A stretch of DNA of 64,000 nt from a virus (taxonomy: Duplodnaviria; Caudoviricetes), in the IMG/VR virus record IMGVR_UViG_3300042451_000960; one strand, given 5' to 3'. The translations under genes were made by a program, and so were the position numbers. How positions within the stretch are numbered: position 1 is the stretch's first letter; each line of letters starts with the position of its first letter. The notes under the pieces are model-generated. The model made no database searches and was not told the DNA's origin. It saw only the letters and a program-made list of their open reading frames with translations. Of the stretch, positions 12,001 to 18,600 are shown piece after piece.

Positions 12001-13582
12001 AATATCCAGTTGCTACAACTACTGTACCAATTACGTTGAAAATATTTAATACACTACCACCATCTCTACTTGCTAATGTTAATGTACCTCGTAAAGAAGT
12101 TGTTGTGGAATCATCCCACCCATCAAACCATGCTGTTAAACTATTAGATGATAAATCAGTATTATCAATATACAATGTACTAACCGAACCAATTACTCCA
12201 TTATTATAAGCTATTACACCTGTACCAGGATCTACATCAGTTGTTGATGTTGTAAAATTATATTTTACACCAGATGCTTGTCCGCTCGAACCAGATGAAC
12301 CGCTTGAGCCACTTGAACCTGATGAACCGCTTGAGCCACTTGAACCACTGCTTCCACTGCTTCCGCTCGAGCCCGATGTACCAGCCGAACCAGTTGAGCC
12401 GGATGAACCACTACTGCCGCTTGAACCTGATGTACCTCTTGTGCCAGAAGAACCTGATGAGCCGCTTGAGCCGCTTGAACCACCACTTCCGCTTGTACCA
12501 GAACTTCCACTACTGCCGCTTGAACCGCTTGAGCCACCACTTCCGCTTGAGCCGCTTGAGCCACTACTTCCGCTTGAGCCGCTTGAGCCACTACTTCCGC
12601 TTGAGCCGGATGAGCCGGATGAACCGCTTGAGCCACTACTTCCACTTGTACCAGATGTGCCAGAGCTTCCTGACGTACCTGAGCTTCCACTTGAGCCGCT
12701 TGAGCCGGATGTACCGCTTGTACCGGAAGTACCGGATGATGCTGCAGCGTATTTAAATCCTACTTGTCCACTTGTTGTATTATAAACTAAAACATATTGA
12801 GAGTTTGTATCTACTAAAGATGAACTTTGAATGTTTAAACTACCGGATAAAATAAAACTTCCACTAATAGCAACACTACCAGTGAATTCATGCTTATCAT
12901 TTGTTGCATCACCAAACTTAGTTGAACCTGATGCAAATATTACGGATGATGTTATGAATGTTGTGTATAATTCAGTTGATGTAATTCTACCACCTACCGC
13001 TAAATTACCTAATATTGTTTCATTACCAACAATTCTACTATCTCCACCAACTACAAGGTTTTGTGAAATCCATTCAGAACCTGTTATACCCAATCCACCA
13101 CTAATTTGTGTGTTTACATTTATTTGTAATCCCTGATTTGGTGAAATTTGAGCAATTGCTGAACCTGATTTAATTTTATTAAGGTCACCGAGTGCATCAG
13201 ATGGTATATTAAACAACCCACTACCATCACCTTTGAAAAGTGATGCTGAAATTGAAGATGAAATATTAAGTGAGCCTGTTAATTGTGTATTACCAACTAT
13301 ATTAATTAAATTAGGCGATACATTTATGATATTAGAACCACTATTAATTTGTGAAATATTAGTTATTCCTTTACCATCACCAACAAAAGAACCACTAAAG
13401 GAACCTGTAATTTGAGAACCACTAATTATACTTGCTGTAATTGAATTTCTTACATTCAATGATGTATTAATTACAACCGATGAAGTTGATACTGATAATT
13501 GGTCAATACCATCTACAGTTAGTGCTATTACACTTTGACTTACTTGATTTAATCCATTTGGGTTCTTTCCTAAAAAACTCAT
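2..13582 (-). CDS. Giant modular tail-fibre/adhesin protein, >4500 aa, C-terminus outside the window (absent from ORF track)
   Basis: ATG at 13582 (MSFLGKNPNGLNQVSQSVIALTVDG...). The same frame translates at the left edge into typical fibre sequence (...RFREGSSWGGWTRAYVGY...RQLGFTDNNNLWIRG...) and at every internal point sampled. The track reports no ORF from this start, consistent with no in-frame stop in the window. It has an SGS-type N-terminus, four Gly-Ser-Ser blocks and mosaic receptor-binding-like modules. Confidence 0.9.
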   Translation of the reverse strand, partial: MSFLGKNPNGLNQVSQSVIALTVDGIDQLSVSTSSVVINTSLNVRNSITASIISGSQITGSFSGSFVGDGKGITNISQINSGSNIINVSPNLINIVGNTQLTGSLNISSSISASLFKGDGSGLFNIPSDALGDLNKIKSGSAIAQISPNQGLQINVNTQISGGLGITGSEWISQNLVVGGDSRIVGNETILGNLAVGGRITSTELYTTFITSSVIFASGSTKFGDATNDKHEFTGSVAISGSFILSGSLNIQSSSLVDTNSQYVLVYNTTSGQVGFKYAAASSGTSGTSGTSGSSGSSGSSGTSGSSGTSGTSGSSGSSGSSGSSGSSGSSGSSGSSGSSGSSGSSGSGGSSGSSGSSGSSGTSGSGGSSGSSGSSGSSGTRGTSGSSGSSGSSGSTGSAGTSGSSGSSGSSGSSGSSGSSGSSGSSGSSGSSGQASGVKYNFTTSTTDVDPGTGVIAYNNGVIGSVSTLYIDNTDLSSNSLTAWFDGWDDSTTTSLRGTLTLASRDGGSVLNIFNVIGTVVVATGYYKIPVSYVSGTLPTNGAQLIINFVRTGNSGTSGSSGSSGSSGSGGSSGSSGSSGSSGSSGSSGSSGFGSSGSSGSSGSSGSSGSSGSGGSSGSSGSSGSSGSSGSGGSSGSSGSSGLGGASGSAGTSGSSGSSGTSGSSGTRGTSGSSGSSGSSGSSGSSGTPGSGGSSGTRGTSGSSGSSGSSGQAGSSGSSGSSGSSGVSGTGGSSGSSGSSGSSGSSGSSGSSGITGAGGSSGTSGSSGSSGSSGSSGTRGTSGSSGSSGSSGVSGAGGSSGSSGSSGSSGSSGSGGSSGSSGSSGSSGSSGGTGSSGSSGSSGSSGSSGSSGSSGSSGSSGQGGGIRYNFSTSTTDADPGTGTLVYNTATISSVGFIYIDNTDLSSNSLTAWFDSWDDSTTSTNRGQIVLASRDGGSVVNIFRVTGAVVVATGYYKIPVAYVSGTLPANGAQLIVQFSRSGDSGTSGSSGSSGSSGTRGTSGSSGSSGSSGSSGSSGSSGQSGSSGSSGSSGSSGSSGSSGSSGSSGSSGSSGSSGSSGQGGGIRYNFSTTITDTDPGTGIVKYNNGVIGSVSTIFIDNTDLGGNTLTAWYDTWDDSTTSTNRGYISLISRDSGTVVNVFRVNGAVVVATGYYKIPVAYISGTLPTNGAQLTVAFARSGDSGSSGSSGSSGSSGSSGTRGTSGSSGSSGSSGSSGSSGSSGSSGSSGSSGVSGSSGSSGSSGSSGSSGSSGTSGSSGSSGSSGSSGSSGSSGALSLTGTTDNGVITLNGSAPNGTVESNLTFDGTNLRVTGNTVITGNLTVSGTTTSINTQTLSTNDNIITLTGYATGSGAPINVDSGFEVVRNASPTRRFLWNEVNSRWASDANFYASGSITTTGGVFINADEGASSTVVFGNYERLVFNNSFSDVVRGPNKITTFNDGSAWIGGIGIHSDTQAYYAGGTHKWYKSTSQTAFTEQMNLDGSGNLNVLGNLVAAQVNTGQGLTEVHLMNQNVRTTDAVTFSTINTGQGVTEVHLMNQNIRTTDNVTFNQATITNGATVNGGRRVQGVSDGAVTALGATAYSGWYRIARSGLATAGNGLRGAAKVTVTSNGGFIAPAQDVIKLYKDWTTTALIGTVENYLGGLFTQFRVTMDADYAYLEGFLTSINLGGSSSWIVYVENYGLNPNQWTAYTENLTAGLGSPVASYTLAKINNGFTTPALSVAGNITLGGTIDTGQGATEVYLMNQNVRTTDDVTFNDLTLNGGDLFLSNGTSNRIVYNTNGVAAPTFTTRSAGTKMVLYSEIGASSVDYALGIEGNTMWYSVPVAGAARFFRWYGGTTNIATLDSAGKFTLVGNTATGIANNSFNVARTTLGTIHIANGGGTSGNNNQAAITFQGDTSTQAQAGIYVSNNSSSGTAMGFATTDSYGTGPQLFLTATNAGAVNFPRAIPTAQGTSLVTNNGGQWNIRAYPRRSDGTNVDFIYSAQSGQPTYVWGTNDGTNFYVWNPSNFSVTSATNASNVASGDVTSIGLNAAWTLPGTSISNGFRVYRYSDSATNKPASVDNANWLINIYSHPTGGTASYGHQLAATDNESIYFRSVINGSFGTWRTFLHSGNFNSYAPTLTGGGASGTWSINITGTAASETLATVTGRGATTSTLVYFNGAESIRVYGIRGQFTNEYMHLYNKVGIGHPGGWGQGEGNTPNTGLSTYGAVNLSYAAATNNTVLGSWNIDGSTINSTNDATLYVTATNNNDWGVVVNKYNGSASEYGLEVRVGAGASYGYSLLGNGTRWFYVSGIGDIYNDAIYDRSDTSYRLVYEGASRISRLNLNNARTSSSQRWPVGHFDVGEAVFEMDPTWTNDQLQAYFNSSNVSWVSDSTAPGGYAISIVGAVNVGGGYNSGFPYIAIDQDDVYYMECWIRNVSGTNGHYMGSMEYNESFGSPAGGQGNPGSFGYWVMSNTNPGTSWTKVTGYIGGFGGSVGQFEVGAKYWTPQALFNYTGGGTCYISGWKIIKVSVPANRTFRNEVTVNGTLNPNGQIQIRNTSPTITFRDTDHATGFIHVNSNIFYILRGNTDVGNGSWNTVGSGWWPLEINLTNNNAQFGGTVTAFYDVVAQRFVDRDSPGYILDPASTSNLNILETRGVVVNRDANTATATAGYLSFWTGNGTTSRAQFVRTDQLYGTHGAVTNQYAQYWLMDTTNRGWIFRYATSDTAGTNVFSIRNNDGRTTIGTSFSAGAGTRAQLNVSAGTGGTTQWRDIDIQGSWSAGEEHAITATHGSALGNIVGQMVFRHDSPGSRIRWGRLYASGDQSNYPMELISNNSGTGARLEMNVGSMRAPLFEDYDNVAYFLDLNAAASAWNRSLRTLGSITFSDDYTQYKGSMSTDDNWPLCTAPARIYTIGTLNAGGGNSSKIEIEVWGSHRGYTTTSYIEYKKWIVWVGDRISSNLVMSAGSQSNVGLWNGTNANGLLGINGDHVAAGWVLRLIVNPTCGAGVAYTVKVSYANLNMTHGPFSFTTTTAASIPLAPYHVSGTTATFPNGASVNGTFNLDSATVNNLSMTGNFQIRNTEPTITFRDTNHNTAYIHVNSNIFYVLRAGNDSAHGSWSTVNGYWPLEINLTNNNATFGANVTAINDMSAERFVDRNDPTYFINPAGDSITNGAFRTGNFLGMRTSYTFIPSSWARGSGTFMIGSSQNSDGTGWAYGTRLASVDYGDGLGLSFDPLYAGPTFYNNALFISGRSGRIGRIGMGGVTAPDYALHVAGTIYSDTEVRAPIFRDADGTGYFANFADTGTSINIAGSVNAATYNKPAILVNSSGTASSGAAFAIQQVTGEGWTGIFVDYEPYTGWGLYHDNPSNYFLITSEGSTGAIGGGITVPSRSSGNRTAYVKHRFDQNNGDLLVGGDLTVYGGDINIQKSGNYSYINFAAQSNDPGYIWHYESSNTARMFFSVSDDDGTNDYFGFGFSGDNQRLIIYSSGRLDAPIMYDRSNTSFYVDPASTSNLGELQINSQLTLSTPGAANSVGNINALWGMQKPMGYKIYWDEEFRYGSNSINIYNNNGGSAVTHTRRNSSFADGHSGPPNSSGYVIEIMHAPTTSAGTSPGYGGWYFATYTGPANRRLLCIFRMKIPSGRSVEWASNSIGSGGSARWLTSNAGTGQYQDYAFMVHSGNASWSSTHFFYIVGGSSATFYTYLASATVYDCSSLSEEGAMTYYAGESMRAPIFYDQDNTTYRVDPTGNSRMGRDIYVEGNTGGSFGNRVIVGATSTPYTLQDGNQRPTVYLRGNYPVLTLDHTVTSNTNHGPTIQFAHNGLSNRQWLVGTTGDGISMDIGFSNSSLGNSDFNPHNGIAGYLGTTFMRFRENGTIGLGSNGDWGAIGGGDPSYPLEFRGTHLNSHAALFRNNTNASNGAGFIFVSTYGNHSWGIVSEFRIDGTGGDRPSILFSQGYSGTTWSVGFGYNDDNFRIKQNHGHRNGGWGTDRFTIDTGGTGYFFGELQANQFTDRENTAYLVNPAGTNSRLNSVRLDNPNYTPYQNYINSDNAPIKTWNGALVAGSDYYGANTYTVIVTNVPQDSYMMGSFTIDWFENYGSTNAKTSIQLGGYWNAESNSGFIGWEMTTSNPYIRPQVQVARQNSTGKTAIILTHYSSNYCQIVARDLFLGYSGGDESYGRGWEIRQESSLGGYSNFDTVVLRSAPARDGDGASGTWPISITGNSNYAVYASYLNAAQDSADKADISTRTNSGFWQTSAPSSGWYPGASSWQHLLSVTHSNPGNYYAMQLAASFFSQGLWYRSTNGSGGTGWQQIVTNSGTWSINVTGNAGSAGSVAGTYVANSGGGTGYINANQIFNNMGNNHGAYTDFNSIANLGVYYVQGSGNGPGTGGGQYYGMTLGLGNEYGFQYATQIAWNRTPTGGNPYISFRFREGSSWGGWTRAYVGYADSAGSAGTTDQVTVFDTRSSVQGPQTGNRRVRFDFLQNSTDGLGDGGTYHGVMTFQQWPDSSGGGTRQLGFTDNNNLWIRGSGGGLSSYGGWKLISDSGNS
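9765..12740 (-). repeat. Four (Gly-Ser/Thr-Ser)n coding blocks separated by three copies of a ~120-aa module
   Basis: GC-rich ccgcttgagcc/ccactacttcc repeats at ~9765-10040, 10405-10630, 11000-11925 and 12285-12740. The intervening modules share DPG.G, WDDST and ATGYYKIPV motifs. Confidence 0.9.
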
Positions 13583-13597
13583 CAATTTCTAGTTTAA

Positions 13598-13930
13598 TTA
13601 ACTAATTTCCAATACCGAAACAATTACATCAGCAGATGCTGCTAATGATGATGTTACCGATAAAAAATCTCCGGCTTCCATAACAACTTTTTGCTCACCA
13701 CCAACTAATACCGCAGTACCACCAGGTGTAATTAAAGCATTTCTTACTAAGTGTACAGTTCTATTTGCAGATACATCTCTTAACATAACACTTACATTAA
13801 TATTTGATGTATTAATATTAGCAACACTAACACCAATCACTGTTGCTGTTGTTACTGCCGGTGATGTATAAGCTACTACTCCCGTTGTACCTATTGAACT
13901 TTGTAAGCTATTTTTAAATAAGTTTGCCAT
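13598..13930 (-). CDS. Small conserved virion beta-sandwich protein (fibre adaptor-like)
   Basis: 110 aa, MANLFK...YTSP..TTATVIG...K.VM...D.L.V.S....DVIVSVLEI. This pattern is typical of small proteins next to fibre genes in T4-like phages. Paralogous to the ends of 29374..30297. Confidence 0.7.
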   Translation of the reverse strand: MANLFKNSLQSSIGTTGVVAYTSPAVTTATVIGVSVANINTSNINVSVMLRDVSANRTVHLVRNALITPGGTAVLVGGEQKVVMEAGDFLSVTSSLAASADVIVSVLEIS

Positions 13931-13942
13931 TCAATTTTAATT

Positions 13943-14314
13943 TTATCCTAACGCTATTGCAAATGCTATAGCGGAATCTAATACGTTTGTTCCATCAACC
14001 AAAAAACCACCATTTGTTAAATTAATAGAACCTGTCATTTGCGCAGAACCGCTTAATCTAGTGTTTCCATTAACATTTAACGAACCAGTGATGTTTACTC
14101 CACCATAAATATTTTGAGAACCAGTAACCAACAAAGAACCGCTCAAAGTTGTTAAAGATGTTACTTTAAGAACTTGAAATTCTGCTCTTTGTACATTTAT
14201 ATCTCCAGTAAAAGAACCTGTAAAAGAACCTGTAAACGAACCACTTAGGTCCGCATAAGCGTTATTTTTGTCTTGAATTATTGAACCTGAAAATATGGGA
14301 CTGTGGATAACCAT
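13943..14314 (-). CDS. Short SGS/TGS-rich virion fibre-related protein
   Basis: SGSFTGSFTGSFTG repeats as in the N-terminus of the 4539-aa protein; C-terminus AIAFAIALG. Confidence 0.7.
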   Translation of the reverse strand: MVIHSPIFSGSIIQDKNNAYADLSGSFTGSFTGSFTGDINVQRAEFQVLKVTSLTTLSGSLLVTGSQNIYGGVNITGSLNVNGNTRLSGSAQMTGSINLTNGGFLVDGTNVLDSAIAFAIALG

Positions 14315-14342
14315 CTATATTTACTCTATTTTTTCGTATAGG

Positions 14343-14351
14343 TATAAATAT
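14343..14351 (-). promoter_or_regulatory. ATATTTATA putative late-promoter motif
   Basis: Exact 9-mer ~30 nt upstream of the 14314 start; recurs upstream of many other genes. Confidence 0.6.
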
Positions 14352-14365
14352 AAATTATTTCTCTT

Positions 14366-14809
14366 TTATGGTTTTACAGGCCAAGTTATGGAATATGGAT
14401 TAGATTGGGTTGTAATATCTCTTAATTGTTGTCTATATGTACTCCACAAATCTTTTGTTTCTTGAGGAATATCAGCTAATTGAGTCCAATCACATTCTTG
14501 AAGTAAAGTATTTCTTTGGTCTCTAACCACATCCCACTTATCAGATATTCTTAAATCTATTTCAGATTGTGTTGCATCTGTTTGAATCCAATTTTGATAA
14601 TAAATTCCATCAACTAATATTGGAGTTTCTTCAGAAATATTTTTTGTATAATCGCTTGGCTTTGGTGTTGCTCTTACTTCGTGAATATCCCATTCGTTCA
14701 TTAAGTTTTCTGATATTTCAGATGGAAAGCTAACTCGAATATTATCTTCTCTTAATTTTTGTAAAGAGTAAGGATAATTAATTACATTATTTATAATTCT
14801 TAAATACAT
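14366..14809 (-). CDS. Phage tail-fibre assembly chaperone-like protein
   Basis: C-terminal W..VR.QRN.LL.ECDWTQL.D...W..YRQ.LRDIT.Q....WP.KP motif. Likely start is MYLRII at 14809, because the track start overlaps the upstream stop. Confidence 0.8.
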   Translation of the reverse strand: MYLRIINNVINYPYSLQKLREDNIRVSFPSEISENLMNEWDIHEVRATPKPSDYTKNISEETPILVDGIYYQNWIQTDATQSEIDLRISDKWDVVRDQRNTLLQECDWTQLADIPQETKDLWSTYRQQLRDITTQSNPYSITWPVKP

Positions 14810-14811
14810 AA

Positions 14812-15684
14812 TTATTTCCAATTTGAAGGTATTGATGCGTAATTATCCAATCCGGTACAATTAAAAAATGCCCTAAAACCATATGGTTCTGGACTCCTAG
14901 TCCATAAAGTTGGTGCATTACCATCTAAAGCATTTGTTGTTGTATTCATATAATACAAATTAGCAAATGTTGTAACAGATGTATTAAATGTAAACGATAA
15001 ACAACTTGTTAATGAACGACATGCTCTGAATGTTGATGAAAAGTTTACAACATTTATGTTTGTATCAAATAATGTTGATGGATATGTTGCTAAATTAATA
15101 CAACCATTGAATGCTGATGCAAATGTTGTTGCATTTACATTATTATTAAATAAACCACTTGGTATAGTAGTTAATGCTGTTATTGCTGAAAATACGTCTG
15201 TAAAATTTGTGGCGTTTGTTGAATAATTAAATATATCAGATGGTATAGATGTTAATGCTGTACCTCTCATAAATGTTGCAAAATTTTCTACAAATGCTAA
15301 TCCAGAATATCCAGCAGGCATAGATGTAATCGAAGAACATCCATTAAAATTAATTTCTCTTAAACCAACATCACCCCAATTTATAATTGTTTTAATCATT
15401 GTACGAATTGCCGAATTATTAGCTACTCTAAATGAAGGCATAAATCCTAATATAGAAATTGTATATGTTCCTGCAGTTGCATATGTATGTGTTTTTTCTA
15501 CTTGTGTAGATGATGTTATTGTATCATCATTACCATCACCCCAATCTACAAATAAATTAGGTGTAAAAGAACCGTAATCAAAAATTGGTAAAGTAAAATT
15601 TTGATTTGATGTTGTTGTTTGAATTGTAAATTCAAATGGTTCTTGCTCACCTGCTGATGTTGTTAATCTTCTCCAAATACTCAT
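14812..15684 (-). CDS. PKD-like domain plus BspA-type leucine-rich-repeat protein (putative fibre-tip adhesin)
   Basis: VDWGDG...HTYATAGTYTI PKD-like motif, then ~24-aa LRRs (LT.IPS.LF..N.N...F...F), ending FFNCTGLDNYASIPSNWK. Confidence 0.75.
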   Translation of the reverse strand: MSIWRRLTTSAGEQEPFEFTIQTTTSNQNFTLPIFDYGSFTPNLFVDWGDGNDDTITSSTQVEKTHTYATAGTYTISILGFMPSFRVANNSAIRTMIKTIINWGDVGLREINFNGCSSITSMPAGYSGLAFVENFATFMRGTALTSIPSDIFNYSTNATNFTDVFSAITALTTIPSGLFNNNVNATTFASAFNGCINLATYPSTLFDTNINVVNFSSTFRACRSLTSCLSFTFNTSVTTFANLYYMNTTTNALDGNAPTLWTRSPEPYGFRAFFNCTGLDNYASIPSNWK

Positions 15685-15685
15685 A

Positions 15686-18600
15686 TTAGCTCATATTTGC
15701 TGCTGATAGGAATCCCCAATAGTTACTTCCTGCATCATAAGTATAAAATACTAAAATATCTGTACCAGAAGTTGTTAATGTTGGAGCAACTCCATTAGCC
15801 CAATTTATTGATGCTGGCCATGTTATTGTATATGCTCCGCCATTTACGGATACCAATGTAAATCCAAATGCATTGGATGCTGGTGGATTACTTAATGTAA
15901 TAGTTGCATTTCCATTAAATTGTCTTCTAAAGTTATTTGCTGTTGCTAAATCTATTGTAACACTACCACCCGTTCCTAAATCCGAATATGTTTCACGATA
16001 AGTTGTTGATGTAATATTTGTTGTAGCGTTTATTCCACCAGTTACTGAAAGTGTAGTTCCATCAAATGTTAAATTAGCTTCAACTTGTCCAGCCCCAGTT
16101 GAATTTATGTAAGTTAATACACCATTATCAGTTGTTCCAGTTAATCCTAAGAATCCGCTTGAGCCACTACTTCCGCTTGTACCACTTGAGCCATCAGAAC
16201 CAACAGTACCATTAATTCCACTACTTCCGCTTGTGCCACTTGAACCAGATGAACCTGAGCTTCCAAAGAATGTACCATTAAGACCAGAAGTTCCGCTTGA
16301 GCCGCTTGTACCTGATGTTCCAGCTCCAGAAGTACCGCTTGAGCCGCTTGAGCCACTGCTTCCAAAGAATGTACCATTAAGACCAGAAGTTCCGCTTGAG
16401 CCACTTACGCCGCTTGTGCCCGATGTACCAGCTCCAGAAGTACCACTACTACCCGATGAACCAGATGAACCGAAGAATGTACCATTAAGACCGCTTGTAC
16501 CAGAAGTTCCCGATATGCCACTTGTGCCGCTTGTACCAGAACCACTTGTACCACTTGAGCCGCTTGAACCACTACTTCCAAAGAATGTTCCATTAAGACC
16601 GCTTGAGCCGGATGTACCTGCTGTGCCAGTTTGACCGCTTGTACCGCTTGTACCACTTTCTCCACTTGTACCACTTGAGCCTGATGAACCAAAGAATGTA
16701 CCATTAAGACCCGAACTACCAGAAGAACCGCTAGAGCCGCTTGTACCAGCCGAACCCGATTCTCCAGACGTACCCGATGTTCCCGAACTTCCAAAGAATG
16801 TTCCGTTAAGACCAGAACTACCAGATGTACCAGCTGAGCCCGTAGTACCTGCTGAACCAGTTAAACCGCTTGTACCACTTTCTCCGCTTGTGCCGCTTGT
16901 ACCACTACTTCCAAAGAATGTACCATTAAGACCAGATGTACCTGATGTGCCCGCTGTGCCAGAACTACCATCATCTCCTGATGTTCCATTTAATCCGCTT
17001 GAACCGCTTGTGCCGCTTGTACCACTTGAACCCGAACTTCCAAAGAATGTTCCGTTTAATCCCGAAGTACCAGAAGAACCGCTAGAACCATCTGTGCCCG
17101 TTGAACCGGATGAGCCGCTTAATCCAGAAGTTCCTGAAGAACCAAAATAAGTACCATTTAAGCCGCTTGAGCCGCTTGTACCTGATGTTCCTCCACTACC
17201 ACTTGAGCCTCCACTTCCTGTCGTACCATCCGTGCCATTTTGTCCAGATGTACCGCTTGTACCGCTACTTCCAGATGAGCCCGATGAGCCAAAGAATGTA
17301 CCATTTAAGCCGCTTGTACCAGAAGTTCCTGTTGTACCGGATGAGCCGCTCGAGCCGCTTGAACCACTTGAGCCGCTTGTACCGCTACTTCCAAAGAATG
17401 TACCATTTAAGCCGCTTGTACCAGATGTACCTGCCGTACCACTTGAGCCATCAGAACCAGTTGAGCCGCTTGTTCCATCATTACCCGATGTACCAGAACT
17501 TCCAAAAAATGTACCATTAAGACCAGATGTACCGTTTGAGCCATTTACTCCCGATGTTCCATCTGAACCAGAACTTCCTGATGAACCCGATGTACCGCTT
17601 GAGCCACTTATTCCAGACGTACCACTTGAACCCGATGAACCACTACTTCCAAAGAATGTTCCGTTCACACCGGATGTACCAGATGAGCCGGATGAGCCAT
17701 CCGTTCCGCTTGAACCCGAACTGCCAGATGTTCCTGAAGAACCAAAGAATGTACCGTTTGCACCAGACGTACCAGAAGAACCCGCTGAGCCTGTTGTACC
17801 ACCACTTCCGCTTGAGCCGCTTGAACCACTACTTCCGCTTGAGCCAGAAAAACCTGAACTGCCACTTGTACCATCAGAACCTGAGCTACCACTTGTACCT
17901 GCCGAACCCGTTGTGCCGCTTGAACCCGATGAACCACTACTACCATCTTGTCCGCTTGAGCCGGATGTACCATTACTACCACTAGTACCATCACTACCAG
18001 TTGAGCCACTTGAGCCGCTTGTACCATGCGAGCCATTTGTTCCGCTTGAACCCGATGAACCGCTACTACCATTTTGTCCGCTTGAACCCGATGAACCACC
18101 GCTACCAGATGTACCACCACTACCGCTTGAGCCGCTTGAACCCGAAGTACCTGCACTACCACTACTACCAGATGAACCCGAAGAGCCGCTTGAGCCGGAT
18201 GTACCACCGCTTCCGCTTGTGCCACCAGAACCGCTTGAGCCACTGCTTCCGCTTGTACCATCTGAACCAGTTGTGCCGCTTGAGCCACTGCTTCCGCTTG
18301 TACCACTTGAGCCATCAGAACCCGATGAGCCACTTGTACCCGATGTACCGCTTGAACCTGCTGAGCCTGTTGTGCCAGAAGAACCCGAACTACCGCTTGA
18401 GCCGCTTGTGCCAGAAGAACCCGATGTACCACCACTTCCGCTTGTGCCAGAACTGCCGCTTGAGCCGCTTGTACCAGCAGAACCTGTTGTACCACTCGAG
18501 CCACTTGAACCAGACGAACCCGAACTACCATCCGAGCCGCTTGTACCAGAAGTTCCTGAACTTCCGCTTGTGCCTGCTGAGCCTGTTGTGCCGCTTGAAC

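Noticed and set aside
14812-15684. Diversity-generating retroelement target (LRR tip)
   Set aside because: No reverse transcriptase and no template/variable repeat pair differing at adenines is visible in this window. It cannot be excluded elsewhere in the genome.
16260-17765. N-G-T as N-glycosylation sequons
   Set aside because: No HMW1C/NGT-type or oligosaccharyltransferase gene is recognisable in the window, and the motif is explicable structurally.
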